From NCBI GenBank assembly GCA_030697665.1, contig JAUYPJ010000022.1, positions 11 through 64,010 of the forward strand: a stretch of DNA of 64,000 nt. Direction: 5' to 3'. This DNA comes from Candidatus Omnitrophota bacterium (GTDB lineage: Bacteria > Omnitrophota > Gorgyraeia > Aquiviventales > Aquiviventaceae). The position numbers and the translations under genes are program-made. Positions 8,318 through 17,280 of the stretch are shown piece after piece. The notes under the pieces were generated by a model. It was given only the letters and a program-made list of their open reading frames with translations, did no database searches and was not told the DNA's origin. Each line of letters opens with the position of its first letter. Position 1 is the first letter of the stretch.

Positions 8318-8710
8318 TTACCTCGCCCCATCCATCAGGGCCTTCAAATTGTCCCATGTCCACTTGTAGACCTTGTCTCCGGACTTTGCCGATGAAGGCT
8401 TGGTGCAAGTCTTGTCCGGGTAAGCCGCCAAGTGGAAATACGACTTATCCTTCTCCTGAGCGATCGTGAGTTCAGCGGCTACGCCGCTCGCTTTGTCTGT
8501 GGACTCGCCGCATAGGACAACTACCACGTCGATGTTGTCCATCCGGAGGCGAACCTTGTCCTTCCAGTCGCCGGTTAGATGGTCCTTTACCGAGGCGTCC
8601 GTGAAATCGAACGGGCTGTCAGGCAGCCTGGCCTGCCCGGCGAGCATGATCTTCGTGCCTTCGTCGTGATCGTAGTCAAAGCTGATGAACACCCTTTTCT
8701 TCGTTGCCAT
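8318..8710 (-). CDS. Stand-alone TIR-like domain protein (MTH538/DUF1863-type)
   Basis: The ATG at 8710 (M20 of ORF 8318..8767) has AGGAGA 7 nt upstream. KKRVFISFDYDHDEG ... VVVLCGESTDKASGVAAELTIAQE is the TIR-like pattern and includes a candidate catalytic Glu. Confidence 0.8.
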   Translation of the reverse strand: MATKKRVFISFDYDHDEGTKIMLAGQARLPDSPFDFTDASVKDHLTGDWKDKVRLRMDNIDVVVVLCGESTDKASGVAAELTIAQEKDKSYFHLAAYPDKTCTKPSSAKSGDKVYKWTWDNLKALMDGAR

Positions 8711-8831
8711 TTGGTTTCTCCTATAGGTTCTGCGATCTGCCGCCCCGTCCAGCACCAGCTGCGGCACGCAGCACCGTCAGCTGCATGCTGTTGTTAGACG
8801 CCCCTGCTGATATGCAAGGCATGATCTCTCT

Positions 8832-9494
8832 CTACAGCCTTCCGGCTTCCAGAAAACTGAAGTATCCAGTCCTGTTGAAGATGATGTGGTCCAGCAGCTC
8901 GATGCCTACGATCTCACCAGCCGCTTTGAGCTGGGCGGTGATGTTGATGTCGCTTTGCGACGGTTCAACACCACCGCTGGGGTGATTGTGGGCGACGATG
9001 ACAGCCGAAGCGCGGTCGGAAAGCGCATCCGCGAAGACTTCGCGCGGATGAACCGGGCTCCGGTCAATCAGGCCAATCGAAACGACGCGGATGTTCAGTA
9101 TCTCGTTTGCTCCGTTGATGGTGGCGCACAGAAAGTGTTCCTGCTTCCTGTCGGCGTAGTGCCGGACGTGCGGGAGCAGATCAGACGGGGTTTCAATCTT
9201 CGCACCATCCGGCTTGATGCGGCGGCGGGCAAACTCGATCGCCGCCAGAATCAAGGTGGCCTTCGCATCGCCAACGCCTTCAAACTGCGTCAGGTCTTCG
9301 GCCTGAACTTGCAGTCCCTTCTCATCAATGGCCCGCGCCAGTTTTCCCGCCAGAGTCATCACGTCCATCCGAGGTGTGCCCTTTCCCAGCAGGATCGCGA
9401 GCAACTCCTGATCGCTTAGCGCCGGTGCGCCTTTACGGAGAAGCTTTTCTCGCGGGCGATCTTCCTCAGGAATCTGGTCAATGGGTTTGCTCAT
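8832..9494 (-). CDS. radC: RadC-family JAB/MPN domain protein
   Basis: JAMM motif AHNHPSGGVEPSQSD and an N-terminal HhH-like region. The gene starts 6 nt after the hsdR stop, so it is probably co-transcribed with the R-M operon. Confidence 0.9.
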   Translation of the reverse strand: MSKPIDQIPEEDRPREKLLRKGAPALSDQELLAILLGKGTPRMDVMTLAGKLARAIDEKGLQVQAEDLTQFEGVGDAKATLILAAIEFARRRIKPDGAKIETPSDLLPHVRHYADRKQEHFLCATINGANEILNIRVVSIGLIDRSPVHPREVFADALSDRASAVIVAHNHPSGGVEPSQSDINITAQLKAAGEIVGIELLDHIIFNRTGYFSFLEAGRL

Positions 9495-9500
9495 CGTGGA

Positions 9501-12434
9501 TCAGGCCGCTTGCAACTCGTGGAGATTCTGCTGAATCACGGTGAACGCCATGATGTCGAAGATGGCTCCTGGGTCGGTGTATTTGGGATCCGCCAATTCG
9601 TCGTAGCGGTCGCGCTCTTCGAAGGCGGTTTGAATCTTCCCGTTCACCTGGCCTTTGAAGACCTCCTCCAAATAGACGAGGTCGGCTTTGTGCGCCTCCA
9701 CCGTTTGTTTGATGTCCGCATCACTCATCTTCTCATCGGTCACTTCCCGAATGTAGAGGGCCTCGTCGTCCGTGATGTCACACTGCCGGCGGATCTGCGC
9801 GATCATCTCCTGCACAGAGACCTTCTTGGGCGGTGGACCGCTACCCTTCCTTCCCTTGCCTTTCTGGAGCTTCACCGGACCGCCGCTCCGCACTTCGCCC
9901 TGATACTGCACCGACGCCTTCACGACATCCGTCTGTCGGATTTGCTTCATCAGGTCGGAGACGCTGCCCTGCTTGATGAGCTGTGGCCCGACGTATTCGG
10001 CGAAGGCGGCGAATTCGCCAATCTCTGGCGGATAGGTAAAGAAGCAGGTCAGGAAATGATAGCTCTTCACTAACCGGGCGAGGAGGTAGGCGAAATCCTT
10101 CCGCTGGTCGAGGTCGGTGATTTTTTCCTGAAAGCGGGTGCGCAGACCGTTGACCATGAACTGGACCTGGGCGTCGGTACCGGTGGCCGCCAACTTGACG
10201 AATGCGTGGGCGTCGGCCTGGGTGAAGATACCCGCCGCCAGAATCTCCTGGTGAAGCTTCGCGCATTGCTTCTCGTCGGGATCGCCCGGCGGGAAGGGGG
10301 TGCCCTTCCGGTATTTGGCGAAGGCTTGAAGGATCGCTTGGGCGTTGTTGGTGAAGTCCACCACCACAACGTCCTGTTTGCCATCGTGACAACGGTTCAG
10401 GCGTGAAACGGTCTGCACGGCGTTGCGGTCGAAGACCGGTTTGTCGAGAAACATGCCCGCCAGCAGCGGCTGGTCGAAACCGGTCTGGAACTTGTTCGCC
10501 ACCACCATCAGCCGGTAGTCGTCGCCCTCGAACCGGTCCTCGATGACCTCGCCATCCTTCAACTCGTTCACCGCGTGTTCGCTGATGGCTGCATTCGTCT
10601 TGGGGTGAACGAAGTCAGAGAACGCATAGAGCACTTTGTAATTGGCCCCACGCTCCCGGAGCTTCTCCTTGATCACCTCGAAGAACCGTAGACCAGCCAC
10701 GCGCGAGGTGGTCACGATCATTGCCTTCGCCCGCCCGCCGACGAGCGGCTTTACGTTCTCCTCGAAGACGCGAAGCATCACCTCGGCCTTGTATTGGATC
10801 AGCCCATCGTCCTGAAACGCGACGTTCTTCAGCGCCTTCGCCACCACGCCCGCCGGATACAGCCTCTCCTCCTCCGGCTTCGGCACGATCGGGCAATGCA
10901 GGTAGTAGAGCGTCTTGTAGGAAATGATGCTGGCCGCCACGTCCACGATATAGCCTTCCTCAATCGCCTCGGCTTCCGAATACGTGTCGAATGGCTCGCC
11001 GAAGAGCGTGACGGTGGCGGGCGCCGGGGTGGCCGTGAAGGCGACGAAAAGCTGGTTGCGGTCGTGCTCGCGGATGATCTTCGCAATCTGCTCTTCGTCA
11101 TCCTGCGTGTCCTCTACCGCGTCCTCGGCATCGGGGTCATCCGCCTTGCGGAACGGCACGCGGATGGCCACGCCCATCTTGCCTTCCTGCGAGCGGTGCG
11201 CTTCATCAATCAGGAACGCCACACGCCGCGTCTTCAGTTCTGGCTCGCTTTCGATCTCTTTCAGAATCCACGCGAACTTCTGCTGGGTCGTGACGATGAT
11301 CGGCTTTCGCTCCGCGAGGAAGCGCGGCAAGTCCTCCGCTTTCCTTGCCAGCCCCACCACGTCCTTGAGGTGGACGAAGTTCTCCACCTCGTCGCGGATA
11401 TTCTTATCCAGCGATTTGCGGTCGGTGAGGATCACCACCAGGTCCACCAGCTTCTCGTTCGTGCCCGGTCGGTAGAGGCTGTGAAGCCGCTCCGCCAGCC
11501 AGCAGATCGTAAGCGTTTTCCCGCTGCCCGCGGAATGGTTGATGAGATGCTTGCCCCCAATCTCGCCAGTCGCCGCGAAGTGCCCCGCCGCCGCATCCGC
11601 CACTTTGCGCACCATGCGGCTTTGGTGGTAGCGCGGGAACAGCGTGAACGCGAGCCGCTCCGGCCGGTCATCCTCCGCCTCGCGCTTCGGCACATACACG
11701 AGAAAAAAGGCCAGCGCCTCCAGTAGCCGCTCTTTTGAGAGGACTTCCCGGTAGAGGTACTCCACCGGGTATTCGCCCGCCGTCTGCGGCACGTTGGTCA
11801 ATCCCGTGTTGTGCCAGCGGAAGTTCTGTTCACGGCGCGGGTCGGTGGCGGCCATCACATCGCTGGTGTCGGCGGTAAGGTAGAGGAATGGATGCTGAAA
11901 GATCTTCCGCGTATGATCGCGCGCCACGAACTGCGCTACGGCGTCATGGACATTCTGGTTTTTCTCGTGTTTCAGCTCCAGGGCCACGATGGGTAGGCCG
12001 TTGAGGAAGCACACGAAATCAATCTCTTGGTTGGTCTCGCCGAAGTAGAAGTGCGGGCGGAAGGTGATGCGGTTCTCGGCGTATTTCTTGGCGGCGGCGC
12101 TCTCGGCAGAGCGGGGCTTGGGGTAGTAGAGGCGGAACTCCAGCCCGCGCACCTTCAGCCCGTGGCGGAAGAGCATCCAAAGCGGCGTGTGCGCCAGTTC
12201 ATTTCGCAGGGCGCGGAACACCTCGTCCCGCGCGTCCGTTCCGTAGTCGTCCGTGAGCTGCTTGAGCGCCTCGGGCTGCGTGGCGTTGAGGAAAGCCCAG
12301 AGCTGGTCTTCAGCGATGAAATGCTCGGTGTCGATGATGTCGGTCTGTTCGAGCACGCCATACCCATGCTCGCGGACGAAGAAATCCGCAATGTGTTGCT
12401 GAAAAGTCAGCTCGGGAGCCTGTCTGCGCGGCAT
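9501..12434 (-). CDS. hsdR: Type I restriction enzyme R subunit
   Basis: The ATG at 12434 lies 2 nt after the upstream stop; the ORF track over-extends to 12641. Nuclease motif DFVCFLNGLPIVALELK. Helicase motif I HSAGSGKT. DEAH box FLIDEAH. Confidence 0.95.
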   Translation of the reverse strand: MPRRQAPELTFQQHIADFFVREHGYGVLEQTDIIDTEHFIAEDQLWAFLNATQPEALKQLTDDYGTDARDEVFRALRNELAHTPLWMLFRHGLKVRGLEFRLYYPKPRSAESAAAKKYAENRITFRPHFYFGETNQEIDFVCFLNGLPIVALELKHEKNQNVHDAVAQFVARDHTRKIFQHPFLYLTADTSDVMAATDPRREQNFRWHNTGLTNVPQTAGEYPVEYLYREVLSKERLLEALAFFLVYVPKREAEDDRPERLAFTLFPRYHQSRMVRKVADAAAGHFAATGEIGGKHLINHSAGSGKTLTICWLAERLHSLYRPGTNEKLVDLVVILTDRKSLDKNIRDEVENFVHLKDVVGLARKAEDLPRFLAERKPIIVTTQQKFAWILKEIESEPELKTRRVAFLIDEAHRSQEGKMGVAIRVPFRKADDPDAEDAVEDTQDDEEQIAKIIREHDRNQLFVAFTATPAPATVTLFGEPFDTYSEAEAIEEGYIVDVAASIISYKTLYYLHCPIVPKPEEERLYPAGVVAKALKNVAFQDDGLIQYKAEVMLRVFEENVKPLVGGRAKAMIVTTSRVAGLRFFEVIKEKLRERGANYKVLYAFSDFVHPKTNAAISEHAVNELKDGEVIEDRFEGDDYRLMVVANKFQTGFDQPLLAGMFLDKPVFDRNAVQTVSRLNRCHDGKQDVVVVDFTNNAQAILQAFAKYRKGTPFPPGDPDEKQCAKLHQEILAAGIFTQADAHAFVKLAATGTDAQVQFMVNGLRTRFQEKITDLDQRKDFAYLLARLVKSYHFLTCFFTYPPEIGEFAAFAEYVGPQLIKQGSVSDLMKQIRQTDVVKASVQYQGEVRSGGPVKLQKGKGRKGSGPPPKKVSVQEMIAQIRRQCDITDDEALYIREVTDEKMSDADIKQTVEAHKADLVYLEEVFKGQVNGKIQTAFEERDRYDELADPKYTDPGAIFDIMAFTVIQQNLHELQAA

Positions 12435-12436
12435 GG

Positions 12437-13510
12437 TCAATCCTTCCCAGCCTCCAGCCGCGCCCGGGCCAGCCACACCGCCTCGTGGAGTTTGCGTTCG
12501 AGTTCTTTCTTGGGCAGCGCATCCGCCCAATAGCTGGCCACGTGAATGCCGCTTCGAGCCAGTTCCAGCAACTCGACATGCTGCTGGGTTTTGCCGGCGC
12601 AGAGAATGAGGCCCAGCGGCGATGCCTCTTCCGTCTCGCACTCGTACCGCTTGAGCCAGTTCAGGTAAAGCTCCATCTGCCCCTTGTCCCCGGCCGCGAA
12701 GTCGCCGATCTTGAGGTCAATTGCCACCAACCGGCGCAATTTGCGGTGGTAGAAAAGCAAATCCAGATAGTAATCCTTGTCGTCGATCTGAATCCGTTTT
12801 TGCCGGGCCACAAAACAGAACCCGACACCCAGTTCGAGGATAAACGCCTCCATTTCCCGCAGGATGGCCGCCTCCATATCCTTCTCGGCATAGGTGTCCT
12901 TGAGTCCCAGGAAATCGAGGATGTAGGGATCGCGGAAAACCAGGTCGGGCGTGAGTTTGTCCTCCTCGCGCAGATGCTTGAGTTCCATCGCGGCGAGCTT
13001 CTCTGGTTTCCGTGACAGCGCGGTGCGCTCGAACAGCATCGAGCCAATCTTCTTTTCCAGCGTGCGCGTGCTCCAGCGCTCGATGCGGCACATCTCGGCG
13101 TAGAAATCGCGCTTGAGCGGGTCGTCCAGGGCGATGATCTGCCGAAAATGTGTCCAGCCCAATTGTGTCCGCAGTGCGGACACAATCTTGGGGTCGGGAA
13201 AGACCTCGGCGAATCGAACCATGCGGAAAAGGTTCCGCCTCCCGAACCCCCGCCCGAACTCCTGCTCCAATTGTGCACTCAGTGCAGACACAATCTGTTC
13301 GCCATACTCCGCCCGCTTCTCCCGCAGGATGTCTGTGCGGATACGACTCCCGATCTGCCAGTAAAGCAGCGTCAAACCCGCGTTGACCGCCCGGGCTACG
13401 CCTTCGCGGGCTTGCACGATCAGCTCCCGCACGTCAGCCAGCAACACGGTGGGCCCTTGGGCGGGCAAGACGGCGACGCCAGTTCGCTTGGTTGATTTTC
13501 GTTTCGTCAT
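12437..13510 (-). CDS. DUF1016/YhcG-family PDDEXK nuclease-like protein embedded in the R-M operon
   Basis: The ATG at 13510 overlaps the hsdS stop (ATGA). C-terminal YYLDLLFYHRKLRRLVAIDLKIGDF is the PD-(D/E)xK core typical of DUF1016. Confidence 0.85.
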   Translation of the reverse strand: MTKRKSTKRTGVAVLPAQGPTVLLADVRELIVQAREGVARAVNAGLTLLYWQIGSRIRTDILREKRAEYGEQIVSALSAQLEQEFGRGFGRRNLFRMVRFAEVFPDPKIVSALRTQLGWTHFRQIIALDDPLKRDFYAEMCRIERWSTRTLEKKIGSMLFERTALSRKPEKLAAMELKHLREEDKLTPDLVFRDPYILDFLGLKDTYAEKDMEAAILREMEAFILELGVGFCFVARQKRIQIDDKDYYLDLLFYHRKLRRLVAIDLKIGDFAAGDKGQMELYLNWLKRYECETEEASPLGLILCAGKTQQHVELLELARSGIHVASYWADALPKKELERKLHEAVWLARARLEAGKD

Positions 13511-14190
13511 GGCCGCCGCAAATCCTCTTCCGTCACCCGCCGCTGGCCGGTGACGCATTCGAAGATCAGAGCCTTCCGATACGCAATCAGGGTCTCCATC
13601 TGCTGATTCAGGACTCCCTTCCCGCGTGGGACTTTGTCGTCCGCTTTCTGAAGCGAGGCTACTGCGTCAACCTGCGCGCAGATCCCGTCCAAGTAGGTCG
13701 CGATCCGCTCCTGCTCGGGCCGGTGCGGAACCGGGAAGATAAGTGCGCCGAAATCCTTATCTGCGACGGCAGGGTAGCCAACACCGGTTGCGACAGCTTC
13801 AAAGTACTGTCGTGCATAGTCGGAAATGAGAACATAGTACGCATAGCGAGGTACGAGCCGATGCTCGTCTGGCTGAACTACGTTGAATCCCGTGGAGCAA
13901 ATCAGGCCGCTCGTGTCGTCCGGGAAGAAAGCCACTGCCTGGAGATTTGGTCGCACGGACGAGATGATCGTGCTGTTCTGCGCGACAATGCGGCGAGCCC
14001 TGGAGGGAGCGTCCTCGAACCGGAGCCCTTCGATCGCATTGCGATCGACGATTCCAAAATAGTCTACATTTGAGATTTCCAAGTAGGGAAACTCGAAATC
14101 GGGATCAGTGCCCGCAGGTAGAGATGCGCCGTTGACGATGCACAGGTCCTTGAGGCGGTCTCTCATCCAATCGTGGGGCAGGTTGATCAT
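13507..14190 (-). CDS. hsdS: Type I R-M specificity subunit, half-size (single target-recognition domain)
   Basis: 227 aa with one TRD plus the conserved helices (PHRPEQERIATYLD ... LIAYRKALIFECVTGQ). The start overlaps the hsdM stop (ATGA). Confidence 0.85.
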   Translation of the reverse strand: MINLPHDWMRDRLKDLCIVNGASLPAGTDPDFEFPYLEISNVDYFGIVDRNAIEGLRFEDAPSRARRIVAQNSTIISSVRPNLQAVAFFPDDTSGLICSTGFNVVQPDEHRLVPRYAYYVLISDYARQYFEAVATGVGYPAVADKDFGALIFPVPHRPEQERIATYLDGICAQVDAVASLQKADDKVPRGKGVLNQQMETLIAYRKALIFECVTGQRRVTEEDLRRP

Positions 14191-16277
14191 GGCGCGACTG
14201 TTTCTTTGTCCAACCGATCAACCATGCTCTCTGCGAGCTTCTCCAACTTCCAGAACTCGGCGAGCAGATCTTTCGCCGGCGCCAGCGGCTGGTAGCGGTA
14301 GAAGTATTTGTTCGGGAGGATTTCGTAGCCGAGTTGCGGGCTCTCTTCCCAGCGGATGATGGGCTTGGCGATTTCCCGTTTCAGGAACGCCGCGATGTCC
14401 TCGCCGTGCGGGATATATTCATCGTCCTGCACGTAGTGCCGGTGCGTCCATTTGACGGAGAGGATCTCGGGCCGACCTGCCTGTGCCGTGCCCGGCACGG
14501 CAGACAGGTCCCCCAGAGCCGCTTTGAGCTTCTTCGCGGCGCTGTCGGCCGGTTTGAGGACAAACTCCACGGTCTTTTCGGCCCCGGCGGCCTTCACGAT
14601 CACGCGGAAGGTCAAGTCACTGTCATGGAACAACTGCTCCTTGGCGAGGCTGACGACGGTGAAGGTCTTCGCGTAAGGCTCGGTGATGATGGCGGGCTGG
14701 TCGTGCTCGTCTGTCTGCCAGAAGACCACCCTGACCTTGTGATAGGCGAAGTCCTCTTTGTGGAAGAGCTTCACGTGCTCGTCGTCAAAGCCGGGTTTCC
14801 AGCCCTTGTGGTAGCGCTCCTCGATCCATTGCCGGTGAGCGTCCGTCATCCGGTTGCGTTTATTGCCGAACGACTTCGGCTCTTTCTCGAACTGCCGGCG
14901 GGCGTCAATGAGCATCACGCGCCCGCGATGGCCGGCGGGCTTGTCGTTTCGCAGCAGCCAGATGTAGGTGAAGATGCCGGTGTTGTAGAAAAGTTGGTCG
15001 GGTAGCATGACGATGGCGTCGAGCCAGTCATTCTCCAGAATCCAGCGGCGGATTTCGCTCTCCCCTTGGCCACAGTCCCCATTGGAGAGTGGCGAGCCGT
15101 TGAAGATGATGGCAATGCGACTGCTCCCCCGTTCAGGTGGTTTCATCTTGGCGAGCATGGTTTGCAGGAAGAGCAGCGCGCCATCGTTCGTACGCGGCAT
15201 CCCGGCCTGGTAGCGGGTTTTCTCCAGCTTGCGCGCCTCGGTCTCGTAGCCATCCTTGCCGCCCCAGGTGACGCCGAAGGGTGGATTACTGAGCATGAAG
15301 TCGAAGCGGTCATGCGGGCCGGCAAGCTGGTCGCCCGGCTCTTTGCTGTGCGCCTCGTGGGGGATGAGCGAGTTGCCGAGGTACACCTTGGCTTGCTGGT
15401 CGTTCTTGATGAGCAGGTCGGCCTGACAGATCGCGTAGTTCGTGGGCGAAAGCTCCTGCCCGTGGACGGTGACGAACTTCTCGACGTTGTCTCTCTGTGC
15501 GGGCGTGTCGGCGCGGTCGAGCAGATGTTCCTTAGCTACGGATAACATGCCGCCCGTGCCGCAGGCGGGGTCGTAGATGGAGACGTGCCGGCGGGGGATG
15601 GGAATCTCGAGCAGCTCGACCATGAGCCGGATCACCTCACGTGGAGTAAAGTGCTCTCCGGCCTCCTCGCCGCTTTGTTCTGAGAAGCGCCGGAGCAGTT
15701 CTTCGTAGATGTAGCCCATCTCCAGACCGGAGAGCTGGTCCGGGCCAAGGTCCAGTTCCTTGTATTGATTCAGGATCGGCTCGAGCCGGTTGTTCTTCAC
15801 CATCGTGCCGATGGTGGCGCGGTAGTTGAAGTGCTCGATAATGTCGTCAACGTTCTTGGAGAAACCATTGATATAGGCACGGAAGTGCTCCTCTAGGAGC
15901 GTGTGGTCTTCCTCATAGACCTTGCGGAGCGTCCATTTGGTCTTGTTCGAGAACGGCGACTGCTGGGGATTCAGTTCGAGTTCCTTGACCAGCTTGGCGA
16001 GTTCCTTCTCGGTGAGCTTGGGCCGCTTGGCCAGCACCTTGGCGCCCTTCGCCGCGCGCCAGGTGAGCAACACACACTCCAGCCGCCGGATGACGATGAT
16101 GGGCAGGATGACACCTTGGTATTCGTAAGCCTTGAACTTGCCGCGTAGCCGCTCGGCAGATTTCCAAATCTCGGTGGCGAGGTTGTCGAGCTTTGGCTTG
16201 TTGAGCAGGAGAGGTGTGGGAGAAGAAGAGCCGTCTTTGATGGTGGTCCTCATCTTGAGTTCTTCAAGCTTGTTCAT
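14187..16277 (-). CDS. hsdM: Type I R-M DNA methyltransferase subunit (N6-adenine)
   Basis: The ATG at 16277 (M78 of the ORF) has GGGAG upstream. Motif I YDPACGTGGML, motif IV LSNPPFG, and an HsdM_N-like N-terminus. Confidence 0.95.
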   Translation of the reverse strand: MNKLEELKMRTTIKDGSSSPTPLLLNKPKLDNLATEIWKSAERLRGKFKAYEYQGVILPIIVIRRLECVLLTWRAAKGAKVLAKRPKLTEKELAKLVKELELNPQQSPFSNKTKWTLRKVYEEDHTLLEEHFRAYINGFSKNVDDIIEHFNYRATIGTMVKNNRLEPILNQYKELDLGPDQLSGLEMGYIYEELLRRFSEQSGEEAGEHFTPREVIRLMVELLEIPIPRRHVSIYDPACGTGGMLSVAKEHLLDRADTPAQRDNVEKFVTVHGQELSPTNYAICQADLLIKNDQQAKVYLGNSLIPHEAHSKEPGDQLAGPHDRFDFMLSNPPFGVTWGGKDGYETEARKLEKTRYQAGMPRTNDGALLFLQTMLAKMKPPERGSSRIAIIFNGSPLSNGDCGQGESEIRRWILENDWLDAIVMLPDQLFYNTGIFTYIWLLRNDKPAGHRGRVMLIDARRQFEKEPKSFGNKRNRMTDAHRQWIEERYHKGWKPGFDDEHVKLFHKEDFAYHKVRVVFWQTDEHDQPAIITEPYAKTFTVVSLAKEQLFHDSDLTFRVIVKAAGAEKTVEFVLKPADSAAKKLKAALGDLSAVPGTAQAGRPEILSVKWTHRHYVQDDEYIPHGEDIAAFLKREIAKPIIRWEESPQLGYEILPNKYFYRYQPLAPAKDLLAEFWKLEKLAESMVDRLDKETVAP

Positions 16278-16632
16278 ACCGCATGGACTCCCGATGAGAT
16301 CCGAATCGCTTCCTCGTTTGAGAGACAACCCACCGCTCAAACTGATCCTTTCGAAACCGCCCCGCCACAGAGCCTGGCGGGCAGGCAGGAGCCACCAACT
16401 TTTCCGCCGAGGATCATCCCGGATTCCTGCCGGCCGTTCTGGGATGGGTTCGCGAGCGCGTCCGAGGTGGAAACAGGGCCTTCCCGTTCTGCTCGGCAAG
16501 GGTCGCAAGGGGCATCACGGACGCCCATGCAGATAGGGCATACCGAGCCGTACCATGAAAAAGGAACATATGATGTTCAATTTTCATGAAACTTTGCACC
16601 GAAGTCCAGTAGGCTCGCACTCTACTGGGTCG

Positions 16633-17280
16633 TCAAAAACACACGGCTGACGTCGCCTCAGGAGGCTTGAGGAGCGCTTGGATTCGGCTTAGGCGTTCGC
16701 TGAAGACGGCGTCATCCAGCACCGGGACGGCACCCGCGAGGGAGACGGCCTGCTCCAACTCAACCCATGATTTACATCCGGCGTAGCGGTTTGACAGGGG
16801 CAGCGACACGGGAGCGGGCAAGCGCAGCACGCGGATCACCCCGATGACCAGCGGCTGATCCGGCTGCCAGCGAAGGCGCTGGCTCATAAACGCGTCGTTG
16901 TAGATGTGAAACGGCTCCAGCCGCTTGAGGAGATCCGCATCGCGGCTCTGCGTCGCGTAGACCATCTCACCGCAGAGCTCAAACGTGACGTGTCCGTCAG
17001 CCGGTTTACCTGCCTGCGCCGCGCCCGGCGCGGCAGGCAGGTGACCCATCGCCTCCTCGAACAACGCCTGAAACGGGCTGCGCAGGAAGGTGACGGTCTG
17101 GTGCTCGTAGGTGGGATATAAGAGGAAGTGCGGCGCGCGAAACTCAAAGCCGCTGCCCGGCTCGATCAACCCCCCCTTGCGGATGAAGACGAGCTGCTCC
17201 CCCCGCGCGCACGCCGCCAGCACGCTCGCCCACTCTTTCAGCGCGACCTGGCAGGTGGCCGGCAGGACGGGGCGGCTCAT
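16633..17280 (-). CDS. DUF1802 family protein
   Basis: ALKEWASVLAACARGEQLVFIRKGGLIEPG...YPTYEHQ matches the DUF1802 pattern. The start overlaps the upstream MBL gene stop. Confidence 0.7.
   Translation of the reverse strand: MSRPVLPATCQVALKEWASVLAACARGEQLVFIRKGGLIEPGSGFEFRAPHFLLYPTYEHQTVTFLRSPFQALFEEAMGHLPAAPGAAQAGKPADGHVTFELCGEMVYATQSRDADLLKRLEPFHIYNDAFMSQRLRWQPDQPLVIGVIRVLRLPAPVSLPLSNRYAGCKSWVELEQAVSLAGAVPVLDDAVFSERLSRIQALLKPPEATSAVCF

Larger units (their letters stand above)
5472..16632. other. Defence/accessory island with no integrase or transposase visible
   Basis: Contiguous block holding two TA pairs, a TIR-like+caspase operon, radC and a type I R-M operon. It lies between housekeeping ilvD and the DUF1802/MBL genes. 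The TA part and both edges are visibly AT-richer than the flanks. Confidence 0.7.

Noticed and set aside
12435-12641. N-terminal extensions of ORF-track entries: hsdR to 12641, DUF1016 to 13558, hsdM to 16508, tyrA to 26473, trpS to 34445, nusA to 38105, serA to 52594, ftsA to 59960, rlmI from 17334, tig to 55608.
   Set aside because: The extensions run through the upstream gene or through repeat elements and encode Arg/Pro-rich junk. Internal starts coincide with stop-start overlaps (ATGA or TGATG), SD-like sequences or the conserved N-termini of the families.
16278-16632. A promoter, operator or small gene upstream of hsdM at the right island edge, including the hairpin CCAGTAG-N9-CTACTGG near 16596..16618.
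   Set aside because: I found no convincing -35/-10 pair. The hairpin lacks a T-run. The small ORFs (16337..16528, 16414..16620) have no features. The region is left unannotated.
5472-16632. Calling the islands integrative mobile elements, prophage or ICE.
   Set aside because: No integrase, transposase, relaxase or phage structural gene is present in any of the four insertions. Only indirect signs of acquisition were seen: composition, split repeats and duplicated gene ends.
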